From: Sphagnum compactum
Taxonomy: Eukaryota
Direction: 5' to 3'
Length of the DNA: 64,000 bases
Assembly: GCA_965153455.1 (NCBI GenBank)
Contig: OZ234493.1
Coordinates: forward strand, 33,160,213-33,224,212
A program made the translations under genes and the position numbers. Positions 39,561-53,432 of the stretch are shown in pieces (the stretch's first letter is position 1; every line of letters starts with the position of its first letter). The notes beneath the pieces are model-generated. The model saw nothing but the letters and a program-made list of their open reading frames with translations. It was not told the DNA's origin and searched no databases.

Positions 39561-41689
39561 TAACCCAATCAAGTTGGACATGTTCAAGTTAGATAATGAT
39601 GATGCATATGTAGGCTTGCGAGCTCCAAAATCTATTGATGAATCAATGCAACCTATTGTGATATTCGAGGTTCTATTGTTGTTGTTAGCGCTTTGGTGGG
39701 CAATGTGCAAAATATGAGAACCACCCAAGGTATTAAAAAAACTCAAAAGTAATTCTCAATTTTAGAGGTCTAGGCTTAAAGGACTACCTATTATAATTAT
39801 AGGGGTAAGTAATACGCAATCTTTTTTTAAAGGGCTTCTTTGAGCTCACCTATATACAATAGATGCCCACACATTTGGGCAAAAAATATGAAACACAATA
39901 TGGTGCTAAAGTGGAGAATATATTGAGTGCACATTGCACATATGAAAAAACTAAATTTAATTACTAATTTGTGAGAATTAGTAACTTGAGAACCACTTAA
40001 TATTTTAAAATAAATACTTTGATACCTTGGCTTACTCTCATATAACTATTTTTAAAATTGGAAAGAACATGGTTGGTTCTTACAACTCTATGAAAAAATC
40101 AAAATTGGTTTCCATAAAAATGTGAGAACAACCCAACATTGGTATTCACTCCTCACAATCAATTGCTAGGAGTTTTATAGTTTAGCATGACATAATCTTT
40201 TTTATTGTTAGGCATTTTCATCACCTATTTTTTCATTTTTTGAAAGGCAAATTGTGCACATGCACATGTGTTCAATCTTATGAATGAAAATGGTTGGAAT
40301 AAAGTTCATGTTGTTTGGTAGTATCAAGGACTTTGTTTGCGTTTGAAGTCTAACATGATGGAAGAATGAATGCATGCTCTCTAAGAGCTTTGGTGCTTGT
40401 TCATTGGCTTATCTATCATGATTCAAAGAGGAATTCTTATCCATCTTCTCTTTTGACAATTAATTTATGTCATGAATATACATGAATTAGTGACATGTCG
40501 TATTTGATGAATTTAGGCTCAAAACAATTGCCAGTTTCACATTATAGGCACATACAACATCATTCATGTTTGCTTCGAACAACCTTTACACAATGACATG
40601 CTATAATGCAACATTCATGTCTCAAACCATAAATGTTCATGACAACAAACAAACTTATTTTATCTTGATATGATTCCATGGAATTGAGAATCCATGTCCA
40701 TATGACATATAAGATTTCATCATAGGTCATAAAAAATTTGCACGAGGTTTATAAACAATCATGAAAGTCATTGGATGATTCATATGCTGAAATATGTTGT
40801 TTCATCATGAATGGTGTTAATGTAACAACATCAATATTCAATCATTGGATATTTACAAAATGGTTTAAAGAAGATTATTTGGACAACATGGATTATTAAA
40901 AGTTGTATTCCCCACTATCATAATTACATGCCTTGAAACCCAATTATTTGTAATTTGATCAACACAAAGTTTAAAGTTGTAATGTTGCAATTTAACCTTC
41001 TACACCATTATATCCATGTTTCATATTTTTTTTAATGTTTTGGATAAATACCATTTGAGCATATATGATGGAAATTTTTCCTTTTGTTCATATTATTCTT
41101 TTGTGTGGGATTATACAAGGCCTATCACATTATAGTTCATTGTAATTTCACACTCACAATAATCCATGTACAATATAAAGTATGCTTGTATATTATGAGT
41201 GTGTTATAATTATCTTCAATATTTATGGTGAATATGAATGATAATCCAATAAATTATGTTTCAATTTAATAATATGAAAATTTAAAACTAATTTATGGAT
41301 GTAGTTTACATCTATTATGAAACAATTTCTTAAATGAAAACTATAATTTGAAACGTATATGGTAATCTTGTTGATTGATGGGGATGTAAACATTTTTGTC
41401 CTAGTTGGGTTGTTTTGCCTTGTGCAAGGCAATCAATTTGGATTGATGGGTTTATGCCATCAAACCACTTGACTTTGAAAATTTTGCGATTCTTTAAAAC
41501 CAAACCAATACACACAACACTCACACTCCTTCCAAAATAAAAATCAAAACATGTTGACTAAAATAGTTTTTGGATTTTAAAATCAATGATCATTAGAAAT
41601 GGTCATTGAAAATCAATCATTATACTAAGGAAGAGGAAATGGTCTAAAGGAAAATGGTTTAAAAAAATTAGTCACTAGAAATCCATACC

Positions 41690-42680
41690 TAGAAATATGG
41701 TCACTAGAAAAATGTAAGGAAGTCATTCCAAGGTGTGTTTCACCAGAATTAAAAGTAAGGGGACCATCATTAAACCTTAAATGACTTCTAGAAGTAAGAT
41801 CACCAAGAAGACCACCTACACATGCCATATTTTGGTATGTTTCACCAAAATTGAAAGGAAGATGACCATCACTAGGGTTTAAATGACCACCAAAATCAAA
41901 AACACTAAAAAAACCACTTGCATTTGTGGATTCAAAGTCTATTTCGCCAAAATTCAAAGGAAAATAACCATTGTGATAGGCCATATATGACCACTAGAAT
42001 TAAGAATGTTAAAAAGACCTCCTTGATTTGCAAATTCAAGGTTTGTTTCACTAAATTTCAAAGGAAGATACATCACTAAACCCTAGATGACCACTAAAAT
42101 CAAGAACACCAAAAAGACCACCTACATTTGCCCCATCTAAGTTTTGTTTCATTATAAATCAAAGAAAGATGACCTATTGAACCACAATCATTAAGAAAAT
42201 TAGTTGCATCGACCATTTTAAGGTATGTTTCACCACAAATCAAAAGAAAATGACCATCATTAAACCTTAGATGTAAACCAAAACCAAAATCACTAAGAAA
42301 ACCATTTGTACTTGCCGATTTAAGGTGTAAAAAAAGATGACCATCACTAGGGTTTATATGACCAACAAAATGAAAATCATCAAGAAGATCACTTGTGTGA
42401 CCCAATTCAATGTATGTTTCACCAAAATTCAAAAGATGAACATTGTGAACATCACCAAGAAAACCACTAGAAGGTGACCATCACTAGACCTTACATGACT
42501 ACTAGAAGCAAGAACACCAAAAAAAACCACGTGCATTACCCATTTCAAAATTGGTTTCATTAAAATTCAAAAGAAGAAGACCATCACTAGACCTTAGGTG
42601 ACTACTAAAATTGAAAACACTATGAAGACCACTTGCATTTGCCATTTTAGGGTTTATTTCACCAAAATTCATAAGATCAC
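41690..42680. repeat. Degenerate tandem array, ~102 bp (34-codon) unit, about 9-10 copies
   Basis: gaccatca-type anchors at 41762, 41864, 41966, 42068 and 42171 (spacing 102-103), then 42252, 42339, 42476 and 42579. Recurrent gtttcaccaaaattcaaaggaa. Confidence 0.85.
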
Positions 42681-45382
42681 CAAAAAAATTTAAGTTTAAA
42701 TTTGTACATAGTTTGATTATACAAAAAGCTCAATTCTAGGAAGTATGTAACTCTAATAAGTCATCTATTTGTTGTGTACTCCTATGTCAATGCCTATAAC
42801 TATCATTGTCAACCTCACATATAACACATAACAAAAATAATTTGAACAATAGATCCAAACCACAAAACATATGACTTACTTGCAATAATACAAAAATCCA
42901 AGCCCAAAAAAACAAACACAAGGAAAACCACATAAATCATGTCACAAACAATCTGAATAAGAACTCATAAACACTTATAAAAAAATAAGCTTGTGTTTTG
43001 GAATCTCAAATGACCTAAAGTGATTTGAAATCACATAGCACATAATTATATCCCACACATTACATATTTAAAACTACATTCACATTGGAACCGGTTCCAA
43101 GTTAACTTGCCCCAATTTAATTACATTAATTAAGATGTAAACATTTAACCAATAGAAAACTCTTGACATATTTGAAAGCAACACTGTAAACATTTTATTT
43201 CAAATTGTAAATAAACTTAAAGAGGATTCGTTGGAAATCCTCGAGCTTGAATTGTTTGGCAATAAGATGTGCTGTCAATTCTCATAATATTCTGAACACA
43301 TTCAAAGCCATAGTATCAGTCACAACCTTGTACCAAGATTTGTTTATTCAATGAAGCCAACACATCATCAAAACAATGGGCAAGCAATTAAAAAGTATCA
43401 TAAAAGAACTATTGCAAGCTTGGGTGGTGGGGTTGAACTCATTGGTGGAGTGGGAAGAGGGAATAGATGGCTTGAGTTCTTGTATTCAAGTTTTTAGTCT
43501 ATGAATTTTGGGGTCCAAGGCCTTGCAAATTCTATTTCTATTGGTGGTTTTTGGTCTATGGCTTTTGGGGTAGAAGGGACCTTTTATTCTAGTGTGGTTG
43601 GAGGAAGAGTTTCAAGGATTTTGCAATCCATGAAATTGTTAGGATTTGCAAAATCTCACAAACCTTGTGAGCAGACACACAAGGTGACCACAATGAGAGG
43701 AAGAAACATTTTGAAAAGGTGAGGTATTCAACATGGCAATCATAAAACATGTATTTTTCCTCACTTGAAGTCAGGATATGAACACCTTCCCAAGTGAAAA
43801 GATTCAACCCTACTTCAAAAAACTTGCATGTTGGAAAAAACATTGTCGTTCAACATTGCAAACCACATTGGAGGGGTGACCCTCTTTCCAAGATTAAAAA
43901 TCCAATCAAAAACCTTTGTAACTTAGTTTGCTTGACTCCAAATGTTCCACTCCAACTTTGGCCCCACACTTGCAAAGCTTAGCCTAGGTTTAAAAGAGGT
44001 CGAACCTTTCATTATTTAAATATTACATTCTTTTTTTAATACATGTTAGTACAATATATTGTTATGTACATAGTAGTTTTCTAATATAAATTGACATTTT
44101 CTATGCATGTCATTCATGGGACAAATTGAGCACGAAAGATTGATCTCGAAGTAGTTCACAAAATAGAATCAAAATAATGTGCAATCAATTAGATGATTTC
44201 ATCAAAATTGTTGCTAACATGGATAATTTTTATAACAATTAAAAAAATGATTATTGATGAACAATCACAAATTTGAATCACAATGGAAGGATAAGATCCT
44301 TTAATGGCTATGAACAATCTTGATATCCAAAGCACAAACATGTAAGGTAAAGCCCTAGGATGAATGCAATATTATAGTAAAGCCTAAACAAGATGAATGT
44401 CAAGTGTGAACTTGATCTTGGTAATGCCATTATCCTTGTGCCTTGATTTTTGGTACTACTCAATTAACACCATCTACTATAATAACAAATTGTCATGAAA
44501 ACTTGGCTATTCATTGGATGCTTGAAGCAATAGCCAAGCAACATATGAGTAAAATAAACATGCAATTAAATAAATGCTTACCTAATGAGATATTGAATGC
44601 TTCTCAAAAGATAGGAATCACGCACAATAAAAGGATGATTTTCACAAATTATTCAAGCAAATCACAATATTTTGCATTATAGATGAAGTTAAACTATTCA
44701 TAATGTAAAAAGAGAAACGTGACGATGGGAAAGCAAAGCACAAAAAAACTTATAAATAATGCACTTTACATTTTTGTGCATTATCTCAAGTAAAATAAAA
44801 AGAAGTGAGCTTCATTATGCACATGAACCTTTCTGTGAATGGGATTATTTGTTCCAATCTTGGCCCACTGACATCACTTGCATACATGATTTTCTTACCA
44901 ATGCATCCATGGGTGTCCGATCAAAGTCTTTGGAAATTGATCAATTAGCCAAAGGGGTGGGCTATTTTATCATGCTTTATAGTGGAGCATTTCAAGAGGC
45001 GTAAAACCAAATCAAACTCTTCTGCTTCAATTGAAGACAAAATGACATTGCAGAAACCTTGGTTGAAACTTGAAACCTCTAAATATCATATTGCAACACC
45101 ATTTGTAAGGTCCTGTGCAACACCAGAGATGGGTGACAGCCAACCAACTCTAGGGCTCGAGGGCTCGATGCAACAATAATGCCACAGGCAGATGTGTGTT
45201 GAAATCATCAAAAGCTTTGGAGGATTGTGGTCCAGGCAAAACCAGTAGATTGTGTACCTGCCAAACAAGACAACTTTTGTTGATCTTCATTGAGCTTACT
45301 AGTTCAAATAATGCATTCTACAGACTACTGCAACAGCAATTGGGATGTCAGGTATGCAGGATGGCATGTTTCCTTCCTGATA

Positions 45383-48300
45383 TTAGCTTCTAGAGGGAAG
45401 GACATTGGCCTGAAGTGGAGGACATATTAGTTGAACAAATTTTATTTGCACAAAGGAAAAAAGAGGGATTGCCATAACTCACAAGGACAACAAAGCATGT
45501 TGCAATCCGTGTTGGCTGTTTCTCAGTGATGGAAGGTGACATGACCTTGAAAGGTGATATGACCCACTGGTTATCACCTTGCATCTCTGAAAGATATATG
45601 ACTGTGGTTCTCAAAACTCTGAGACCCAATTCTGATCTGTAACTGCAGTTCTCAAACAATCTAAGAACCGGTCTAATGACCTACAGAACTACTGGTTTTG
45701 GCTGGTTACTTCATGAAAACCACCAGTTCTTTTGAGGCTTTTTGGAAGAACCAGAACTGCAGGTTGTTTGATTTTGAAAATCTTCAAAAAACTGGAACCT
45801 AGAGGTGATTTGATTCTGAATGTTCTCTAAAAACTGAAATTGGAGGTTCTTTGATTTCCAAATTTTCTAAAAACGAGAACTGGAGGTTATTAAAAAAGAA
45901 CAGATATCCACCCAACACTGGTTAAGGCATTGAGACTCTCACTGCATGCACTGAGGGAAGAAAATAACTGAGAATATATCTCTCCTGAACATTGAGAAAT
46001 CTTCATACTCAATAATACATTAACCAGGGATTTTTTTCTTCTTTGGAGTCAAAGGAAAAACTCCCAGATAAGGAAAAGAAGAGAGGAAATAAATCACAGA
46101 AGGGACGAAGTAGAACAAAAGAAAACAGGAACAAAACTGTCAGAAACTTGGGGACTCTGTTAAGAAAACAAAGTGAAAAATTACCTGTGATTCTCAGCTG
46201 AAAAGTTTTTCTCACTTTCTTGATACCCAACAATTGAGTCACCACCAGGTTCAGATCCTGGAATTGCATGACAAAGAAACAAGCTTAAGGAGGATGGCTT
46301 TCTTTCTTCAGGCTAGAAGCAAATTTGCACAGATCAGAACTTGAAAGTTGTTAAGACTAAAACTAAGCCCCAAACCCTCTGGAGAGAGCTGCTGGTTGAT
46401 ATTGAGAAGGAGACTTACAAGTCTGGGTTTAGGGTCCCTGAACGATGAATGCTTCTCACAGGCTTTATACCTATGCTCCCTCCTCAATTGGTTGTGATCT
46501 TCTGTATAAACACGGATGAAACAAAGGCAACAATCTTTTGATCAAAAGGCAGTTCTTCTTGTACAACGCAACAAACACCAGAAGCAAGACTTACAGACAC
46601 AGAGAGAGAGAGAGAGAGAGAGGAGCGACACAGAGAGAGAGAGGAGGCTGTAAACCCATGCATGCATACAGCTTGATCTGATCAACAGAGAGTGTGCATA
46701 TCTGTGAATACCTAGAATATAAAGGCCAAAGAAAATCAGACAACAAACCTCTTAAAATAGGTAGCCGGGAGCTTCAAAATTCTTCACAGATAGCTAGCTT
46801 GCTTGCAAAAAAACCTCAATGCAATGAGGACACGCAGCACATTAGCTGAGGACGTGCACCTTCTCTTCATTATCTCTGTCAGATCTCTGTACCTGTGCTT
46901 ATCACTGCAAATCGTACATTCAGGAATGAGATCGATTTCATACGAAGAACCAGCTGCTGAGTCCAGCAGTGCAAAAAGAAATGCTTTCCATTCTCTGCCG
47001 AACATATGGCAGCCAACCGCAAAACTATAAAAACGGACTGAGCTTCAAACCCTAAACGCTTCTTCAAAGCCTGAGCTTTGTACTACTACTCTGGACCAAG
47101 AAAGCTTGCATTAGGGTTTTTGCTTGCGTTAGGGTTTTTGGTGAGCTTGGTATTAGGGTTTTCTGGTTTTGTGTGCAGCAGCAGTTTTGCTGCAACTCTG
47201 AATCCAAGGAGCACTTACCACATGATGCAGTACTACTGCAAGCGGATAACATCAAGAAGCGCTTATAGAAGAAGGGTCGACAGCGCCGCCTGCTATTGGT
47301 CTTCATCATCCTGAGCTGCTGGGTGGTTGTTACAGCATCATCAGCTGGAGGAAGACGAGGAGGACTTGATGGTTTCATGTATTCCGGTTTGCATTCTAGA
47401 CGAGGACCTCCAGTTTCTAAATCCACCCTGAATCTACCAGTCCTGCTGCCCCCATAGGCCGTATTCCCACTGCAGAGGACAGCTTCTCGGCTGCTGTTGC
47501 TGGAAAGCGTAATCTGGCTACCATGATCTGCAAGCTGCATCTCTTTCACATGGTATAAGCTACGAGTTCTCGATTGAACCCACTCTTCTGCTGCGGACTG
47601 ATCTGAAGCTGCAGAGCCTGAAGAATGTTCTCGAAGCTTGGACCATTTGAGAGATTCGTGGTGGTGGTCGCCACTGGCACCTTGTAGAGGAGCTTCATCC
47701 GAGTCGGCGGTCTCATACGACCTACGGTCGATCTCTGACGGCCGGCCTGAGCTGCGGCAGATCGGCGATGGGAATCCCGTCTTCTTCGACGTCCATGACC
47801 CAGGCTGCAATCCAGCGCCGGGCCAGCATCTGCTCCAGCTTCCGGCAGGATCCGACTTGATCGCGGTGCCCAACTGCCGCTGCTTCTCAATGTTTCTGTC
47901 TCGCGATCTACCAGCTGCTGAGCTGACGGACGCCATGAACTCCTTGGCCAACAATCTCAAATTCCATGAGCTGCTGCTGCTGTTGAAGCTCCAGCGCTGA
48001 TCGTGTGCGCCGCGGCCTCGGCTGCAAGGCTTGCGAGGCTGATCATCAACCTCGTCGTGTGCAGCAGCAGCTCGTATATTGCGGGCTTCTTCTTGCACGT
48101 CGACCGGATGCAGTAGCAGCTTTGGATTAGTATTATTCTCTTGCTCTAGTTCTTCAGGTTGGTGCCAAGCAAGCTCGCTTGGGCCGCGACTACTAGTGTG
48201 ACCATGTGCAAGCATGTTGTTGTGGTCATCGTCGTCTTCGTCTGTGCTGCAGAATAATGCCATCGCATTGATCGACATCTGGTTATACTGCGAGCCCGCG

Positions 48301-49430
48301 GCTACGTGACACTTGGGTTTCTCTCGGACTCGTCCGAGCTGAGCAGACTCCTGCACTGCAGAAATCCCATGTCGAGTACCATGTGCGCCGTCGAGGGATT
48401 GCAGGATTCCTGATCTAGTCATGGATCGAGCAGCTCGCAAATGATGAGAATGCAGCTCAGAAGCTGAAGTAGAAGAAGAAGAACGCCAAACTGAGGTCGA
48501 TGTCGATCTATATGCCTGCAAATCACGAGTGCAGCTTGGCGGCTGCATCACATAGTCTGCAACAAGAAACTCCTGATCCTTCTCGTCCTCCTCAAGCAGA
48601 CTCTCTCTCGATCCTTGTCGTTTCTTCTGCTTGTTGATCTGCGGTAACCTAGAGCTTCCCATCTGCTTCTTCCTGAAGGTCTTCTCGCGGCTTAGAAGAT
48701 CACTTAGAGTGCTACCTGCAGTAGTGGTCGACGAAGCTGTCGCCGTTGCTTTTCTGGTCTCAAAGCAGTTGCTTTGTCGATGATCAACTGCAGCAGTCAA
48801 CACGACACTAGTATGGAAGATTCTTGTTCCCGGCGGAGGAGCAGCTTGCGGGACGGAATATGTGCCAGTACTCGCGTGCAGACTGAGCTTCGCGGAAGAG
48901 CTGCCGGTGTTGCAGGCACGAGATGTAGACTGCAAGAGCATAATCGACGACCGATTGTGCCCGCCTGCAGCTGTTCTAGCTCTATAAGATACCGGTCCTT
49001 CAGAGAACAGCCGCGATGGGTACAACACTATTGATCCAGTGCTGCTGCTGTGCGCTTTGTTGCTTCCTGCTGTTGCATAATCACGAATATGACGGTCCGC
49101 TACAGGTCGACTGTAGCAGCTCGCGGCCGGGGAGACTAGAGGAAGAAGACTAGCGTGACGTCTTGAAACTGCACCCCGCGGCCTGGTGGTACTCCACCGG
49201 CTGCTGCTCCTCGACGTCGAAGTGATGATCCTCAAACGATGATATTTTGCATTGAAAGCTTGCTGCTTTCCAGCTGCTGCACCGGCGCGGCCCCCGCGTG
49301 CAGGCCGCAGCTTAGCTAGTGCAGCTGCAGCAGGCTCCTGCACCCATTTGAAACCAGCATGAGCTCCAGCTGAACAACTCCTCATGAACATCTCCTCATG
49401 ATATTCAGCGTCCACGACGTGCAACCCCAT
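45383..49430 (-). CDS. Uncharacterised low-complexity protein, ~866 aa; 6 coding exons (49430-47219, 46994-46893, 46501-46419, 46257-46185, 45586-45483, 45409-45383)
   Basis: A 2.4-kb GC-rich open frame contains a consensus donor TGT G|gtaagt at 47218. Five downstream exons with canonical AG/GT boundaries join in frame with no stop until TAA at 45385-45383. No domain recognised. The true start is uncertain (possible acceptor ctgcag| at 49467). Confidence 0.68.
45748..45895. repeat. Degenerate ~41 bp subrepeats (x3.5), probably part of a small inserted element in an intron
   Basis: aac.gaac.ggaggtt.tttgatt motif at about 45749, 45789, 45832 and 45872. Confidence 0.7.
46600..46643. repeat. (AG)n microsatellite, interrupted, intronic
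   Basis: Two AG runs separated by gagcgacac. Confidence 0.9.
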
Positions 49431-50226
49431 TAGATCTCGACGAGCTCTCAAATGCAGCCACGCCAACTGCAGCTCCCACGACTCGACGTACTAGCAGCTA
49501 CAACCCCAAAGCAGTCCTTATCGTCGCTGGAATTCTTCTGATCCGCTTCCTCCTCCTCCTCAAAACATTCCAGCTGCTGCTTCACATCACGCTTGGGGTG
49601 GACTTGATACGTTTGATGAACCCACTTCGACAGATCTCTAGTTATATATCGACCGTTGCGCCCTGATCCGTCTAATTGCGACTTTCTTCTTCTTCTTCTT
49701 CTTCTTCTTCACATTCCAACTCTTCTCGCAAGTCCTCAGCGTTCTTCATTGCACTGCAGTTCTGATCGTCTTGCGACTTCTTCTTCTTCTTCATCGCATA
49801 ATAATATTGAGCTACCCAAAAAACAAATAGAAATCTACAATCTAGAATCCAACCCAATGGATCACCAAACGAATCTCTGTCTCCACCCACCACGATCTCT
49901 ACCTAATCCCAGCTGCTAATCAAATCATCATCGCCAAAGCAAATTCATCACTAGTGCGCCTGTCGATCAAAACTTTACAACTAGTCTTCCGACATTCATT
50001 CCTCATGGAACCAAACGAAGAAAAAAGGGGGAAAAAAAAAAAAAAACACGGAATACAAATGTGCAGATCTTTAGCAATCCTGTAGGACTGGAATTCGCGG
50101 ATCAAGGATCTGAATATCAACGTGCGCACATGAGGAGAGATCGGCGCGACGGAGGGAAGCGCGAGGAGCTTCGCGAAGTTCTGCCCGTAGACGACGACGA
50201 AGGTCTGCCCGGAGACTCGTCGTCCG

Positions 50227-50312
50227 CCAATCGAGGGACTAATCCGAGGCCTAATCCAAGGCCCAATCGAGGGACCAATAATCCAAGGGCGAATTGAGAG
50301 CCTAACCGAGGC
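50227..50312. repeat. Short ~12 bp degenerate repeats (aatc(c)gagg(g)c/act) upstream of the uncharacterised gene
   Basis: aatcgagggact aatccgaggcct aatccaaggccc aatcgagggacc ... aaccgaggc. Confidence 0.7.
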
Positions 50313-52946
50313 GCTGCTTGGGAGGGGAATTTTTTATTTATTTAAATTAGCTACATATATCCCTGCACAATAATTAAATTACAAATTGGCATATTTCTTT
50401 TGGAAGGCTCTCTATGGGGTTACACAAGTTATGAATATTTGGAAAAAAGGGTCTTTGGAGCAACTACATATTAAAACATAGGTTGTTTGAAGGATTATTA
50501 TTATTATAGATATGCCCCAAAAAAAATATTAACTTAACTTTTTTTTATAAATGAGACGCAAATTATTTCATTTGAAGGCTCTTTGGCAAAACACTAAGAA
50601 AAAAAATTTGCAATAAAGGGTCTTTGGGTGATGCGGAACCAAGAAAATTTTCAAAATAAAAGAAACAAAATTGAATAGATTGAAGGTTCTTTGGCAATAC
50701 AAATTATAGGTACAAGTTTTTACAACTATTTGAAGCTCTTTAAATTTCGGGTGAATAAATCCTCAACAACACAAACACATATCTGAACTCAAAAGGTCAC
50801 ATAACATTGAATAAAATGTTAAACAACTTTAAATATTTTCTTCAAATTGATATATTATTTTATGAGTTTCTTAATGTAATTAATGTTTCACTATTTTTTT
50901 ATTTTTTTTTTCAATAGGTGAAAATTAAATTCATGTTCTAGAATTAATAGAAGTCAAAACGATTTCATTAAAAATCTATATGATTAAGGAATGGGGGGGG
51001 GGGGGGGGGGGGGGGGTTATATACTAAAATTGTAATAACTATGAAAATTGCAATGACACATTGTGATACTATGACAAATTGTAATATAACAAATCCAAAG
51101 CATTCCTATGATGGCCAATTGTAAACACAATCCCAAAAGAGCTTCCAAGAAGGGTGGTGTAAGGCCACAATTTTTCTCAATGTAATTAGTCCAAAGAATT
51201 GAAATAATCTTCCCATATATATACTATCTTTTAGTACATTATACAATCACCATAACTCAAACAAATTCATCCTAATTGAAGCATTGAAAAGGTTGGAAAA
51301 TGGCTAAGCTATAGGAACATTCTTGGGGTAATACCCTCATTTTATTCACATTACAAAAAAAGATTTATTCCCCAGATAAAGATAGACATCAAATATATTG
51401 TCTTTCAAAAATCCTCATATAGAAATAGACCTATTATTATTATTATTACCTAGGGGGGGCCAAAATCCCTTTAAGCTACTATTATACTCTATAATGAATC
51501 TAAACACAATATCCTTCTTGCCTTTTGGTAGTAGGCAAGGCCAACAAATTACACATGGGATTGAAGTTTGAAGTTTGAACATGGGCAAAACAATAAAGCT
51601 ACTTTGAATGAATGTCGTGGAATTCCACATTTATTTTGGGAACATTTTGGCATTGTTGCATAATCAAATTGTCAGCACTTCAAATTTTAAACAAGTTTTC
51701 ACTTATGTGAAAAATTTTGGGTCATGAAAACTTGAAAACCAAACCAATTGCATCAACTTTTTGCTTTCAAATTTTTTCTCGCCATCTCTTTCAGTTTGCA
51801 AAACATGGACCTGCAATTTCCAACATTTTGGTATTTGGAGGTTGAATTGATGTGTTGCAATAGGTAATTCGAGAGTTCTCTTCGGTGGCTAAAAACCCTC
51901 GGGGGCAAAATTCGATGAACTTGCTTTTTGTTCACATCTGAAGTCAGGTCACCAGAGCTTAAAGTAGATGGAAGATTTCCAAAACATACATGTGAGATGG
52001 TGGTGCAAAAGACAAGAAATTGGGTGCTCCTAAATTCATTCTTAATACATAATCCCATTCTAAAAATGAAAGATCAAACCAAAGTGCAAAGCAGAAGCAA
52101 AAGAAATGAGGCAAAAGTGTTTTTTTTTGGTGGGGGGGGGAAGAGTGTTGGTTTTTTTAATGGTTTCCAAAGAAGATGATGAGGAGATCATATATGACAA
52201 AATATGGTGTGTCACTCACACATTCATATTTTGAGATGGTAATGCCTCGATGCTCTTAGCTGTTGCAGTTGTTGTTGTCATGTTATTATGGACACTTTGC
52301 AAAATAACTCAACTTGCTTGTTTTTTTCCTCCTTAGGTATCTGACCCAGTTACCTCTCATGAAGCTTCTCTTTTATACTATCCTGGTGACTTGAAAATGC
52401 ACAAAACAACTACTTCTGTTTGATCAAAAGTTTAATCCATTACAGTTAGAACCTTGTGCATTAAAATGCTGAGTATCAGCATTTCATTTCATACCGAGGA
52501 GTTGCAGCATCTCATACTGAGATTGATTAAAATGTCTTTACTTTGCGGATACCAGTGGAAAGAGGGGATAGGGGGTGAAAGGAGGCCCAAAGACAAGGTG
52601 AAGAAGACAGGGTTACTTTCGGATAACTCTATGGAATCATCCATTAATCCATCTCATGGGGCTTTTAGGGCGACATGTCTGGAGTCTGGACACTGGCAAA
52701 AGGCGCTAATTCTAGTGAAAACTCTACTCAACTTACAGTATCTGATCATTTCCTAAAATTGTGATAACATGTTTATTTCCACATATCTAATTGCTCTTAT
52801 GATGTGGGTCACAAAGAAAATTTAGTAGTATCATCACTTCTTCATTGATGAATTATTTTAGATATGTTGTTTGACTGACTTTGTGGGGTTTGCTTCTTAA
52901 GTCATTCGGAGAATTGGACAGACAGCTGCATCATTGCAAATGAAAT

Positions 52947-53432
52947 GGCACTAGAGAGCTTTAAGAGTGTCTCCGGACAAGTTTGTGTTTGTTGCTGAAA
53001 TGATGTAAATGAAAAAAGGCACTAGAGAGCTTTAAGAGTGTCTCTGGACAAGTTTGTGTTTGTTGCTGAAATGATGTAAATGAAAAAAGGCACTAGAGAG
53101 CTTTAAGAGTGTCTCTGGACAAGTTTGTGTTTGTTGCTGAAATGATGTAAATGAAAAAAGGCACTAGAGAGCTTTAAGAGTGTCTCTGGACAAGTTTGTG
53201 TTTGTTGCTGAAATGATGTAAATGAAAAAAGGCACTAGAGAGAGCTCAAGAGTCTCTGGACAAGTTTGTGTTTGTTGCTTGAATGGATGTGAATGAAAAA
53301 AGGCACTAGAGAGCTCAAGAGTCTGTGGACAAGTTATTGTTTGTTGCTGAAATGATGTAAATGAAAAAGGCACTAGAGAGCTCAAGAGTCTCCGGACAAG
53401 TTTGTGTTTGTTTGTTGCTGAAATGATGTAAA
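52947..53432. repeat. Young tandem repeat, 71 bp unit, about 7 copies
   Basis: ggcactagagagctttaagagtgtctctggacaagtttgtgtttgttgctgaaatgatgtaaatgaaaaaa; units start at 52947, 53018, 53089, 53160, 53231, 53302 and 53369. Confidence 0.97.

Noticed and set aside
43380..44700. Possible non-LTR retrotransposon fragments
   Set aside because: Only vague motif echoes in inconsistent order, and no RT or endonuclease signature could be read.
47064..47218. Last ~50 codons of the 800-aa ORF as the true C-terminus
   Set aside because: They follow a consensus donor and contain aaaccctaa-type repeats typical of non-coding DNA here, so they are probably intron read-through (retention not excluded).
50993..51016. 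Long poly-G run (also poly-C ~21009 and poly-A ~29885)
   Set aside because: Simple homopolymers whose length is unreliable in assemblies, with no associated structure.
52947..53432. Regularly spaced repeats resembling a CRISPR array
   Set aside because: Units are contiguous with no unique spacers, there are no cas genes, and the context is eukaryotic.
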